Positions 17,786 through 27,215 of a stretch of 64,000 bases of DNA are shown here, one piece after another (position 1 is the first letter of the stretch; every line of letters starts with the position of its first letter). The position numbers were made by a program, and so were the translations under genes. Under the pieces are notes generated by a model. It saw nothing but the letters and a program-made list of their open reading frames with translations, had not been told where the DNA came from and did not search any database. The DNA is from an uncultured Nitrososphaerota archaeon (GTDB lineage: Archaea; Thermoproteota; EX4484-205; JAAOZO01): contig CAYOYV010000003.1 in the NCBI GenBank assembly GCA_964408285.1, forward strand, positions 64,001 through 128,000. Reading direction: 5' to 3'.

Positions 17786-20521
17786 ATGGATTTCCTATGT
17801 ATGAGGATAAGGGGTATCTATCTACATTGCCTCGTTATAGTGGCAATCGGGCTATCTGCCTTAGAACCGGGAACAAGTGCCTCGGAATCGGCCCCAGAGC
17901 GATTTGAGGGAACTGGCCCCGTTCTCTCAAGCAGAATCGTGGCGAAGACCTCTTCGGAGACATTCACGATGAAAGGAATCATTCAAGGAGTTCCAGGTTA
18001 TTCAGCTGGGAATTTGGAATCCGCGGCTTCTGCTGGTTCCGTTGCTGTAGGAATCTTCCAATCTCCCAAATGGTCAGATGTATATTGGGCCATGAGAAAC
18101 TATGGGAGTTCGACGAGCGGGGAATTCGTCCTATTCCAGAATGATGTATTCCAGGTCCGCTATGGCAATTACAATACATGGAAGTATGTTGCATTGAATT
18201 CGAGCTATCCAAGTTTGAGGCAGAATTTCACTGTTCCTTCTTCCTCAGTCGGATTCACTACCAACTATACATGGCTAGTGGTCAGAGTCAACTCGGGAAC
18301 CGCGAGATTCCATCTCGAGATCTGGAATTACGGGCTGATAAGTTTCGGAATAACGTCTCAATCAGTTGAGGTTTCAGGACCGTATGACCCCTGGTGGGTC
18401 TCTCTAAGGATGCCCAGCACTAGGAATCTCACAAATGAAACATACAGGATAGAGGCAGTCTGGGAATCGGGTTCAGGACTTGAAGTCCTGTTGATAGACA
18501 ACTTCAGAGACGCCGATGACAGGGCTTCAGGGAATGCGCAATTGCTCAATTCAACATCATCGATTTACCTGAACATGTCGGGACTCATGATGGAGAGCGT
18601 GCTGACACAACCAGAATTGGATTCGTATTCGACCTTCTTTAGTGCTTGGCAGGGCTCTCTACGCCTTCGCAACTTGATCATCTACCTTAAGGGAAGAAAT
18701 CTGCCCCAAAGCAACGTAACTGCTTCCGTCAATTCCACGCAGTTCGGCAAGGGCCTTGTTCCGGCAATATACCTCCCGTTTCCTTTTGACCAGATTGGGT
18801 TCACATCAACTGTAAGGGGATCCGCGTCTTTTTCAGGAGGAACCATATCGTTTTCATCGGATCTAAACAAGCTCAACCAGAGCCGAGTCAAGTACGATAG
18901 AGATCACATCCCTCCTTTTCCAAGACCTTTCGCCTATCTGTCAATCAAGACGGATTCCGTCGAAAAACCGTGGGCATACTGGGAGATCTCTGCTGTGGAT
19001 TGGTCTGTGCGAGTGCAGGATGCATACGGAGCTCTGCACCCTCTACCTGCCACAGAAGTAAGACAACTGGAGTCGGGATTGAAGGTCAGCTATCCTATCT
19101 ATGTCTTCCCCAATGCATTCCCGTCCTATGGCTTCCTCAACTTCACGATGGCTCTCAACTACACGATAGAGGCTTCGTCGAACGGGCCTCAATTCTTCAC
19201 TAACTATACAGTGTTTCCGGAAAGCCTTGCTCGCTGGATGATTTCGAATCCTGCAGTAGCTTTCACAGCAGCACGTGGATCAAATGTGACGATCAAGATA
19301 GACTCCATACCGAACGAATGGGACATACGAAGCGCGAGCGTTACAGCAGGTCCCGGAGGAGGAATCCCGGTTGTTTTGATCCAGACAGGCAGTATCCTAA
19401 TTCGCAACATTCTGATGGGGAATATGACATCATACTCTGGCTCAGTTATTCTCAACATGGATGCACCCAATTTCCTTGATACGCTGACTTCCTATGTGCA
19501 ATACAGATGGAAGAATTCGACAACCTCTTTCTTCTTGAGGGGGGACGCAATGAGAATTGATGCAAGGGCCTCTTCTACCCTGCCCGACTATCCCCCAGGA
19601 AAGATCTCACTGGAAGTTAAAGGGCCTTCTGGTTCTATATTTAGCCAAGTTTTCGGCCAAGAAAACGAGAACGGTGTTGCCACTGGCGACATTCAGCTGA
19701 GCCTAGCTGGGACGCACATCGTGATCGCTACATACAGATCTCTCGATGGATTCAGAGTTGGTATATTCAGGGGAGAATGCGGCGTACTACAAGTCAGAAG
19801 TGCTATCGAGAAGGACAGGGTTCTCTTGAGTTCCGCAAGAGTGTCAATAGAACTTGAACCCTCAGACATGGGACTAGTGGGTTCTGGCACGTTAGCGCTT
19901 GTCTCCCCCAATGGAACCATTTCAGGCTTATCAACTGATAGGATCAATAACAAACTGGTGAAGACGATTTCTTTCCTGCAGACGGATCCAAGTGTGATAG
20001 GTAATTGGAGTGTCATACCTTCGATTGTCTTCCCGAATGGTCTATCAAGGGATCTCTCCCCGCTTAGATTCCGAGTGCTCGATGATATCCCACCTAACAT
20101 CACGAATGTATTTCAATTGCCAAAGGAGACCACCTTTCTTGATCCTGTGAATGTGACGATCGTGGTCGACGATAAGGGAACGGGAGTGAATTCGGTCTGG
20201 ATTTCTTACTCGATCGGAGATAGCAGCACGAGAAATAACATCACCGCCGTGAGACTTCGCCAAGGAATCTATTCTGCAACCATTCCGCGGCAATCCCCCT
20301 TCACAAGGGTCTCGTATTGGGTCTGTGCCGATGATAAGGCGAAGAACTCTAGTGAGCTGGGGCCATACTCATACGAGGTTTTGATACCCATCTGGATGTG
20401 GGCCGTTGCAGCCGCGATACTCATTCTATTGGGAATAGGGATCCTAATCCAATACAGGCAAGAAGCACGAAAATCAGAGCCCGGTGCCCCTCCGGCGCCG
20501 ATTCAACCTCTTGGCACGTGA
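17786..20521 (+). CDS. Large secreted, C-terminally anchored surface protein
   Basis: Hydrophobic signal-like N-terminus, many N-x-S/T sequons, beta-rich, Ig-like domain (DDIPPNIT..) before a C-terminal TM helix. Confidence 0.7.
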   Translation: MDFLCMRIRGIYLHCLVIVAIGLSALEPGTSASESAPERFEGTGPVLSSRIVAKTSSETFTMKGIIQGVPGYSAGNLESAASAGSVAVGIFQSPKWSDVYWAMRNYGSSTSGEFVLFQNDVFQVRYGNYNTWKYVALNSSYPSLRQNFTVPSSSVGFTTNYTWLVVRVNSGTARFHLEIWNYGLISFGITSQSVEVSGPYDPWWVSLRMPSTRNLTNETYRIEAVWESGSGLEVLLIDNFRDADDRASGNAQLLNSTSSIYLNMSGLMMESVLTQPELDSYSTFFSAWQGSLRLRNLIIYLKGRNLPQSNVTASVNSTQFGKGLVPAIYLPFPFDQIGFTSTVRGSASFSGGTISFSSDLNKLNQSRVKYDRDHIPPFPRPFAYLSIKTDSVEKPWAYWEISAVDWSVRVQDAYGALHPLPATEVRQLESGLKVSYPIYVFPNAFPSYGFLNFTMALNYTIEASSNGPQFFTNYTVFPESLARWMISNPAVAFTAARGSNVTIKIDSIPNEWDIRSASVTAGPGGGIPVVLIQTGSILIRNILMGNMTSYSGSVILNMDAPNFLDTLTSYVQYRWKNSTTSFFLRGDAMRIDARASSTLPDYPPGKISLEVKGPSGSIFSQVFGQENENGVATGDIQLSLAGTHIVIATYRSLDGFRVGIFRGECGVLQVRSAIEKDRVLLSSARVSIELEPSDMGLVGSGTLALVSPNGTISGLSTDRINNKLVKTISFLQTDPSVIGNWSVIPSIVFPNGLSRDLSPLRFRVLDDIPPNITNVFQLPKETTFLDPVNVTIVVDDKGTGVNSVWISYSIGDSSTRNNITAVRLRQGIYSATIPRQSPFTRVSYWVCADDKAKNSSELGPYSYEVLIPIWMWAVAAAILILLGIGILIQYRQEARKSEPGAPPAPIQPLGT

Positions 20522-21771
20522 TCAGCGTTCGATTGGACTAGTTTGCTATATATCTCAAGTGTCTGGTTCGCCACCATTTCCCAAGTGAAATATTTCTCTG
20601 CTCTTCTCCTGCCATTTATGCCCCACCTCTTCGCATCTCCTGGATTTCCAAGCATGGCTTTGATTCCCCATCCAATGTCCGTAGGCTCGTTTCCGTTGAC
20701 ATGTATCCCGCACTGGTCCGGACCCGAAGGTACTACTTGTTCCCTAAAGCCAACGACGCCGTTTGCGCCCACGACAACTGGCTTCTCCATGGCCATGGCC
20801 TCGAGACAAACGATTCCGAAGGGTTCATATGTGCTTGGGAACACAGCCGCATCGCACGCTGCGTAATGGAGTATCCTCTCGTCCTCAGGAATGAACTCAT
20901 ACCTCACCTTTATGTTCTTCTTAATCCCGAGTCTCTCTGCCAGTTCTATTATGTAGTCCTGCTGTTCGCCTTTTCCCAAGATGACAAGCTTTGTCTTCGG
21001 ATGCTCTGCTAGGACGTCAGGCATTGCCTGGATCAGATTCGCAATGCCCTTAATCCAAGTCAGTCTACCTATGAAAAGCAGCATATTCTCATCATCCGCT
21101 ATCTCATAGAACTTCCTGATCTCCTTGACTTTTTCGACTGGGGCCTTCGCAGGATCATACGTATCGATATCAATCCCATTCCACACGACAGAGATCTTGT
21201 CGCTTGGCCAACCGTGTTTCTCCAAGTCATCCTTCATTGCATAGCTGACCGTGATGATCCTATCTACTGAGCGAGATGCCTCAAGTTCCAAGTGACTGAT
21301 GATTCTAGAGCCTTCTCCTGACCTCCCCCATTCTGTGGAGTGGACATGGAAGATGCTGGGTATCCTCGGCAATTCGTTCTTAATGCTTATACCTGAAAGT
21401 GCGCTGAGCCAATCATGGAATGCTACTATACTGTGTTCCAGCTTCAGCTTCTTCTCCAATTGGTTCACGAACTTAGCAGTCGAGAGAACATTGTAGACCA
21501 ACACGTCATTGAAGAACCTGATCTGAGGCCCCCATTTTATGATATCATCGGTCACAAACAGGGGGAAGACATTCGATATGTTGACAAGCTTGGGTCGATG
21601 TACTTCTACGCCTTGCGTTACTTCTCTTGTGGGTAGATTGCCGGGATTCAGGCTTAGGACCGTAACATCATGTCCCTTCTTCACGAATTCCCGGGTTATG
21701 TATCCAGCATATGTACCCAGACCACCAACGAGCATGGGTGGATATTCCCAGACAAGAAAGGCAAGTCTCAT
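20503..21771 (-). CDS. GT4 glycosyltransferase (glycogen synthase-like)
   Basis: WEYPP..VGGLG, FHDW, GRL..IKG, PSTYEPFGIVCLEAMA. Confidence 0.85.
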   Translation of the reverse strand: MRLAFLVWEYPPMLVGGLGTYAGYITREFVKKGHDVTVLSLNPGNLPTREVTQGVEVHRPKLVNISNVFPLFVTDDIIKWGPQIRFFNDVLVYNVLSTAKFVNQLEKKLKLEHSIVAFHDWLSALSGISIKNELPRIPSIFHVHSTEWGRSGEGSRIISHLELEASRSVDRIITVSYAMKDDLEKHGWPSDKISVVWNGIDIDTYDPAKAPVEKVKEIRKFYEIADDENMLLFIGRLTWIKGIANLIQAMPDVLAEHPKTKLVILGKGEQQDYIIELAERLGIKKNIKVRYEFIPEDERILHYAACDAAVFPSTYEPFGIVCLEAMAMEKPVVVGANGVVGFREQVVPSGPDQCGIHVNGNEPTDIGWGIKAMLGNPGDAKRWGINGRRRAEKYFTWEMVANQTLEIYSKLVQSNADHVPRG

Positions 21772-21852
21772 CTTACATCGTATTGTTTGTCCTACGATTA
21801 TATAAGGTTCGTGATGAGCATGGTTAAAAATCAGCCTTGACGCACGTAGAGC

Positions 21853-22227
21853 ATGAAGGAAGCAATCCTATCAGAAAAGGCACCGAGGCCCATCGGTCCA
21901 TATTCACAGGCAATAAAGATAGGGGGACTCGTGTTTCTTTCAGGGATAATTCCCCTTCGGCCGAGTTGCGAGGTATTGAAAGGCAACATGGCAGACCAAT
22001 TCCGCTTGATCATTGAGAACGCCAAGGCGATTTTGGAATCGGCCGGGACTTCTATGGATGACGTGATCAAGGTCACGGTCTACATGAAGGATCTGAAGGA
22101 CTTCGATGCAATGAACGAGGTTTATGCTTCAGTCTTTCGGCCTCCTTTTCCAGCCAGAAGTACCGTCCAGGTTGCAGCGTTGCCAAGAAACGTGGACATT
22201 GAAGTTGACTTGATTGCAGCTGTTTAG
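21853..22227 (+). CDS. ridA: RidA/YjgF enamine/imine deaminase
   Basis: APRPIGPYSQA, FDAMNEVY, PARSTVQVAALP, IEVDLIA. Confidence 0.9.
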   Translation: MKEAILSEKAPRPIGPYSQAIKIGGLVFLSGIIPLRPSCEVLKGNMADQFRLIIENAKAILESAGTSMDDVIKVTVYMKDLKDFDAMNEVYASVFRPPFPARSTVQVAALPRNVDIEVDLIAAV

Positions 22228-22234
22228 TGGCGGT

Positions 22235-22924
22235 TCAAGCTCTGTGTTTCAACAGAAAAAGCAACAATGCGAATGGCTCCTTTATCGGATCTAGTTTGCT
22301 CCTCCCCCGTTTCCTGTCCTCGAATCTAATGGGGACCTCTTTGACCGATAGTCCTTCTTTCAACACAAGCCATGTTGCCTCGACTTGGAAGGAACGTCCG
22401 TCTGAGCTCGTTCTTTCAGAGAGTAGTCTTGCCACTCTCTCGTTGTAACTTCTGAAGCCGGATGTGGAATCGCTGACATCAATGCCCAGAAACGAGCGGG
22501 CCAGTGAATTCGCAGTGAGAGAGATCAGCCAACGGAATCTCGACCTTTCTCCTGTCGTAGCTCCCGTGATGTACCTAGAACCTATGATCATGTCTGCCTC
22601 CGTTCCCAGCAACTTAGGAGCATCCCTTGGATCATGACTGAGATCGGCGTCCATCTGAACATATCTCTGAATGTCAGGAATCTCAAGGGCTTTCCTAAGA
22701 CCTTCACGTATTGCAGATCCAATTCCCATCGGCTTGCTTCTTTGTATCAGAACCAGATCGCCGCAAGTCCCGGCAAGGGTCTTGATTGATTCTATTGTTC
22801 CGTCTTGTGAGCCGTCATCAACTATGACTATTTTGGAGATATCTTGGTTGCTCCTCAGCTGGCCAATCAGATCAATTAGATTGTCTGCCTCATTTAGGGT
22901 CGGGATGATGACAGCAGCCCTCAA
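22235..22924 (-). CDS. GT2 polyprenol-phosphate mannose synthase-like glycosyltransferase
   Basis: IIPTLNE, VDDGSQDGT, QMDADLSHDP, IGSRY, DSTSGFR. Confidence 0.85.
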   Translation of the reverse strand: MRAAVIIPTLNEADNLIDLIGQLRSNQDISKIVIVDDGSQDGTIESIKTLAGTCGDLVLIQRSKPMGIGSAIREGLRKALEIPDIQRYVQMDADLSHDPRDAPKLLGTEADMIIGSRYITGATTGERSRFRWLISLTANSLARSFLGIDVSDSTSGFRSYNERVARLLSERTSSDGRSFQVEATWLVLKEGLSVKEVPIRFEDRKRGRSKLDPIKEPFALLLFLLKHRA

Positions 22925-22955
22925 GGTCTTTCTCCTTTATCGATGAGAAGAACGT

Positions 22956-24176
22956 TCAGGAGATTTCAAATGTGAACCCCTGCGCACTCAGGCAATCGGT
23001 CAGCTGCTGAAAGCTCTCTCCTATCTGAATTTCCATAGTTATCTGCACAGTAGCCATTGACGGAGGCACATTGGGCTCATCTCTGATATGAGCCAGATCA
23101 ACGACGTTGGCCCTTGCGGATGCTATGCATCCGAGGACTGTTCTAAGACTGCCCGGCCTATCTGGTATAGTGACTGTCAGTCTTGTCAGCCTCCCGGTCT
23201 TTCTGAGACCCTGCGTGATGACCCTAGCGAGAAGAAGAGGATTCGCGTTGCCTCCGCTGACTATTGCACCGACTCTCTTTCCTGACAAGTCCATCTTTCC
23301 TGAAATTGCGCCAGCCAAGGAAGCAGCACCCGCTGGTTCAGCAACCATTTTTGACCTTTCCAGAAGCATGAACATCGCTTTTCCGATCTCATCATCCGTG
23401 ACGGTTATCATGTCGTCTATGACCTCCATGGCGATGTTGAACGTCAATTCCCCGGGCTTCTTGACGGATATGCCATCGGCTATGGTCGCTCCCCTCTTGA
23501 CTTCCGTCAATTGTCTGCGCCTGAACGATTCATAGAATGCTGGATACTCGGAAGATTGAACACCCACTATCTTCGTGGCGGGACTCAGCTTTTTCATAAC
23601 GCTCCCCAGACCGGAAATCAAGCCGCCTCCGCCAACAGGAACGAGGAGGAAATCGAGCTTTGGCGCCTGCTCATGAAGCTCGAGCCCCATCGTTCCCTGA
23701 CCAGCAGCAACGTCCAGATCATCAAATGCATGAATGAACCTTGCTTTCCTTTCAATCGCATATTCTCTTGCCGATTCGTAGGAATCGTCGTAGGTATCGC
23801 CCTTAAGATGTATGACCGCCCCATATGATCTCGTAGCTTCTATCTTGTTTGGTGATGCGTATTCCGGCATGAACACATGAGTCTCTAATCCTAATGAAGA
23901 TCCAGCATAGGCTACCCCTTGACCATGATTTCCAGCTGAAGAAGTGACAACGATTCTCTCTCCTCGGCCTTTTGCCTTCCAACAGGCGTTCAGCGCGCCC
24001 CTTATCTTGAATGCCCCGGTCTTCTGCATATTCTCAAGCTTCATGAAAACCTCAGCTCCCGTGGCCTTGCTGAACGCGGCGCTCCTGACTAAGTCTGTCT
24101 TACGGACATACGCAACGATGTTTTCCATAGCCTTCTTCGATTCCTCATAGACTTCGTCGACCCGAGAGCCTCTCAT
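22956..24176 (-). CDS. ilvA: Threonine ammonia-lyase with C-terminal ACT domain
   Basis: KLENMQKTGAFKIRG, SSAGNH, PVGGGGL, EPAGA, SGGN, ACT DRPG. Confidence 0.9.
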   Translation of the reverse strand: MRGSRVDEVYEESKKAMENIVAYVRKTDLVRSAAFSKATGAEVFMKLENMQKTGAFKIRGALNACWKAKGRGERIVVTSSAGNHGQGVAYAGSSLGLETHVFMPEYASPNKIEATRSYGAVIHLKGDTYDDSYESAREYAIERKARFIHAFDDLDVAAGQGTMGLELHEQAPKLDFLLVPVGGGGLISGLGSVMKKLSPATKIVGVQSSEYPAFYESFRRRQLTEVKRGATIADGISVKKPGELTFNIAMEVIDDMITVTDDEIGKAMFMLLERSKMVAEPAGAASLAGAISGKMDLSGKRVGAIVSGGNANPLLLARVITQGLRKTGRLTRLTVTIPDRPGSLRTVLGCIASARANVVDLAHIRDEPNVPPSMATVQITMEIQIGESFQQLTDCLSAQGFTFEIS

Positions 24177-24184
24177 ACTAGGTA

Positions 24185-24198
24185 TGAGTTCGAACTCA
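24185..24198. promoter_or_regulatory. 14-bp perfect palindrome (putative operator) between the TATA-like box and the ilvA start
   Basis: TGAGTTCGAACTCA, 8 nt upstream of the ilvA ATG. Confidence 0.4.
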
Positions 24199-24386
24199 AG
24201 GATTTATGATTTGGCTTGGCGTGCGCGCGTGACAGAGCCAAGATAAATATCTCAATGGGGAACCCATGCGCCCATTTCCAATACTTGTCCGATCCTATGG
24301 CTGTTGAGAGACTCTCTCAGCCTCTTGGACAGTCCCCTCGGGATTTCTCTGAAACTCTAAATCCACCGTAATTGCAGGAGGAACGC

Positions 24387-25181
24387 TCATTTGACCTCAG
24401 CGCAGATCCTTTTTGCCCCAACCAAGAGCGGCTTCAGCGAGTCAAGGCTCTGTACCAGTACCTTGCCCTCCGTTCCCGAGGCGTGCACAATCTGCTTGCT
24501 TTCGATGAAAAGTGCAACATGGCCAACCCTTCTCTCAGAAGGTTGTTTGAAGAACAGCAGATCTCCAGGAAGAATCCGCGCGAAGTCAACCAGAAAGCCA
24601 GCTGTGTCATACTGCATGTGCGCATCCCTCTTCAGGCGATATCCATTCATTCCGAACACAAGCTGGGAGAACCCAGAGCAGTCCAATCCCCAAGGCGTGG
24701 TTCCGCCCCACAGATAGGGAACCCCTTGAAGGCTCAATGCTGTTTCAATCACATCCTGACAACCCTTTCTGGGAAATGGATCTGCTGCTTGCCTTGTTAT
24801 CCCGAAGGTCGTGTAGCCAATTCCACCATCAGGTAGAGCCAAAACCTTCTTGCCCTTCTTTTCCCCCGCTAGTGAGAGGCGGCTCCCCATCGGAGCTACT
24901 AAGAAAGGCTGGAATCTGGCTAAGCTCGAAGATATCGGTGTGAACGGATCGTCGAATACAACCACTTCGCCTTGCTGACCATAAGAACGAGATCCACTTC
25001 GCATTATGCCTTTCCTTCTTATCCAACCGACATAACCATCCTCGCATTCAACAAGAGAGAATACACCATGCTTCTTGGTCTCTTTCAGATTCTCCCCGAG
25101 TCTGGCCTGTGTCACCCTTTCCGCATCATGTCTCGGATTCGTAAGAACATCAATGAAGGAGTCAAGAACTACCAGATTCAT
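24387..25181 (-). CDS. SH3-NlpC/P60 peptidase, gamma-D-glutamyl-diamino acid endopeptidase (YkfC/DPP VI-like)
   Basis: N-terminal SH3b-like (TQARLGE..DGYVGW), YLWGG, DCSG, RDA, GDLLFF, HVAL, VHASG; no signal peptide; start set at ATG 25181 downstream of TAAATA. Confidence 0.85.
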   Translation of the reverse strand: MNLVVLDSFIDVLTNPRHDAERVTQARLGENLKETKKHGVFSLVECEDGYVGWIRRKGIMRSGSRSYGQQGEVVVFDDPFTPISSSLARFQPFLVAPMGSRLSLAGEKKGKKVLALPDGGIGYTTFGITRQAADPFPRKGCQDVIETALSLQGVPYLWGGTTPWGLDCSGFSQLVFGMNGYRLKRDAHMQYDTAGFLVDFARILPGDLLFFKQPSERRVGHVALFIESKQIVHASGTEGKVLVQSLDSLKPLLVGAKRICAEVK

Positions 25182-25381
25182 CTCGAACCAGTACGCCTCT
25201 ATCTGATATTTAGCGCTTAGCGTGACTGCAGGCAATGTCCATGTGGGGGTAGTTCGACTGAGTTCGAGTCACACGGCAAAGGTGATAGGATGAAGGAGTC
25301 CTTCGCAATGATGATCAAGCCCTTGAGCACAATGAATAAATTGCCGAATCAAGAGCGGAGAATGAACAGGAAGCGCAAAGA

Positions 25382-25972
25382 ATGTCTTGGGATGCTGTCC
25401 AGAGGAAGCCAAGCGAAGAAAAGCGAGTTGAGCTTGAGTCCATCAGAGACATGATATCGGAGCTTTCGGAGGTAGGAACATACTATTCGGTGAGGGCCCC
25501 TTCTGCCCCTCTTGCTGAGTTTCTTTGCGCAAGGAAGGGACATCAGACATCAATATTTGGGGAAGAGACATCCGTAATCAGGATTTTCGAGGTGGATAGA
25601 GTTCTGTCATCCAGATTCGGAATAGCGTTCGCGCTGAACTGGGAAAGGGGTTTACTATCCTCTAAGCCGTTTCTCGAGGCGGTGGACAACAACTATGAGC
25701 GCATTGTGAAGGATCTGAATATGGACGCCCAACTCATGGCAAGACTACTTGAACTGAAGCCGAGCCTTCTTGAGACATCCTACATAGGGGATGGAGAACA
25801 AGGTCCGGGCGTGTATGGCGCTCCCGAGATCATGATCAGGAAGCCAACCATGTGCATCGAAATGAGATTCCCTATCTCGAAATTAGGGAACACGAGGGAG
25901 ACATTCCTCTCCGGATTAAGGGCTATCAAACGAATCGAGCACAAGATCCTCTCCGACCGGGAGAATCACTGA
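25382..25972 (+). CDS. Hypothetical protein
   Basis: 196-aa ORF filling the gap; no recognised motif. Confidence 0.55.
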   Translation: MSWDAVQRKPSEEKRVELESIRDMISELSEVGTYYSVRAPSAPLAEFLCARKGHQTSIFGEETSVIRIFEVDRVLSSRFGIAFALNWERGLLSSKPFLEAVDNNYERIVKDLNMDAQLMARLLELKPSLLETSYIGDGEQGPGVYGAPEIMIRKPTMCIEMRFPISKLGNTRETFLSGLRAIKRIEHKILSDRENH

Positions 25973-26140
25973 ATGCGCCAGGGCTTGATATGCCCCGATT
26001 CCCGGTTCATGTGGGGAATCTCATCTAGCCTCATCTGACGGTCTGATCTCCCGGGAAGCGACCTTCTTCGAATCGAAGGGCCAAATCCTTGGCGTTTCGT
26101 GATGGGATGCGCTTTTTGGTGACGCCTAAGAACACTTTGC

Positions 26141-26429
26141 ATTATCCAGGAATCGGTCGAAAGAGTTCTCGTATTCGTCGGTCATCCGGATGACGAGATA
26201 ATTGGTGCCGGAGGAACAATAAGCAAGCTTCACTCCGTCGCTTCTTGTTGAAATAACCGAATTCATGGAGAAGAAAAGCAAGGCCATGTCGCTCTATTCC
26301 TCTCAGGTTCGGGCTTTTCCACAGATCATGGACCATCTGAAAGCACTTGCAGAAGTGAGGGGAGTGGAAGCCGGGGCTAGATACGCTGAGGCGTTCCTCA
26401 GGGCGCCAGTCCTGCTCGAACTCAGATGA
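26141..26429 (+). pseudogene. Internally deleted PIG-L/LmbE family deacetylase
   Basis: One frame gives ERVLVFVGHPDDEIIGAGGTISKL (stop at 26249-26251); a second frame gives LVEITEFMEKKSKAMSLYSSQ..ALAEVRG..GARYAEAF (stop at 26427-26429); the middle of the protein is missing. Confidence 0.8.
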
Positions 26430-26468
26430 TAGGATGAATCCTCTACCCAATGGTTCTTCTGTGATGAT

Positions 26469-27104
26469 TCACTGTAGGATGGACTCCAGGAGATCGAAGA
26501 CAGCGGCAGCACCAGAACTTGCCGACACCGCCTCCGATGGGGCAGAAACAACGATCACGATGTCTCCTTGCTCTGAGGTGTGTCCAAGAATCTCTTTTTC
26601 GTCCTTGGATGAGAAGTCGGCCAGCCATTCTCCAATGCCGATTATCTGAATCCTGCCCTTGTCCAAGAGGCATGTGGTAGCACCTGTGCCCCCATACCTG
26701 ACCACCAGGTCCCGGAGCCTGATTGGATTCACTGCACTCACTTCAATCCGCCTCAAGATGTAAAGGGCCTGTTTCCTGTCGAGGCCAAGATATTCAACGC
26801 TGATTGGGAAGGGGCCAAGCAATACGTTCATGATTGATGCAAGAATCTCATGCCCAAAGGGCCCGAGTCGGAAGCCGGTAGCTGATGCTATCGCCACGTG
26901 GTTCAATACGAGCCGACCCATCAAGCTTCTGATCGATCCGGTTCCAAGGCCAAGGCTCGATTTCATTTCGCTTCTGGGGGTGACTTCCTTTCTCCCTAGA
27001 AAGATCACACTCAGCAAAAGATGACCGTGATTGAAACCAACTGGCTTCTTCCTATCTTGCGCCATGATGGACCGCAATAATCGAAAGGCGTCCTTGTGCT
27101 CCAT
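26469..27104 (-). CDS. Putative wHTH transcription regulator (DUF4443-like)
   Basis: N-terminal LGLGTGSIRSL HTH-like segment, RDLVVRYGGTGATT motif. Confidence 0.6.
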   Translation of the reverse strand: MEHKDAFRLLRSIMAQDRKKPVGFNHGHLLLSVIFLGRKEVTPRSEMKSSLGLGTGSIRSLMGRLVLNHVAIASATGFRLGPFGHEILASIMNVLLGPFPISVEYLGLDRKQALYILRRIEVSAVNPIRLRDLVVRYGGTGATTCLLDKGRIQIIGIGEWLADFSSKDEKEILGHTSEQGDIVIVVSAPSEAVSASSGAAAVFDLLESILQ

Positions 27105-27215
27105 TGCTATTTGATACTGTCCAAAGTTACTAAAGGCTTTCGTCGTGCTCTCGTATCCATAGCACATAGATTGATTTGTCCATACCTAGTCAGAGAGTAG
27201 CCATCAGTGGGGGGA

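Noticed and set aside
25251-25271. AGTTCGACTG/AGTTCGAGTC tandem resembling a tRNA T-loop or repeat unit
   Set aside because: No stem pairing and only two short copies; not a tRNA or CRISPR array.
25308-25346. ATGATGA...TTGA...CCGA as a C/D box sRNA
   Set aside because: Guide regions too short; similar C-box words at 2842, 21811 and 58295 also lack properly spaced D boxes.
26142-26450. 102-aa - strand ORF
   Set aside because: Better explained as the antisense of the PIG-L pseudogene on +.
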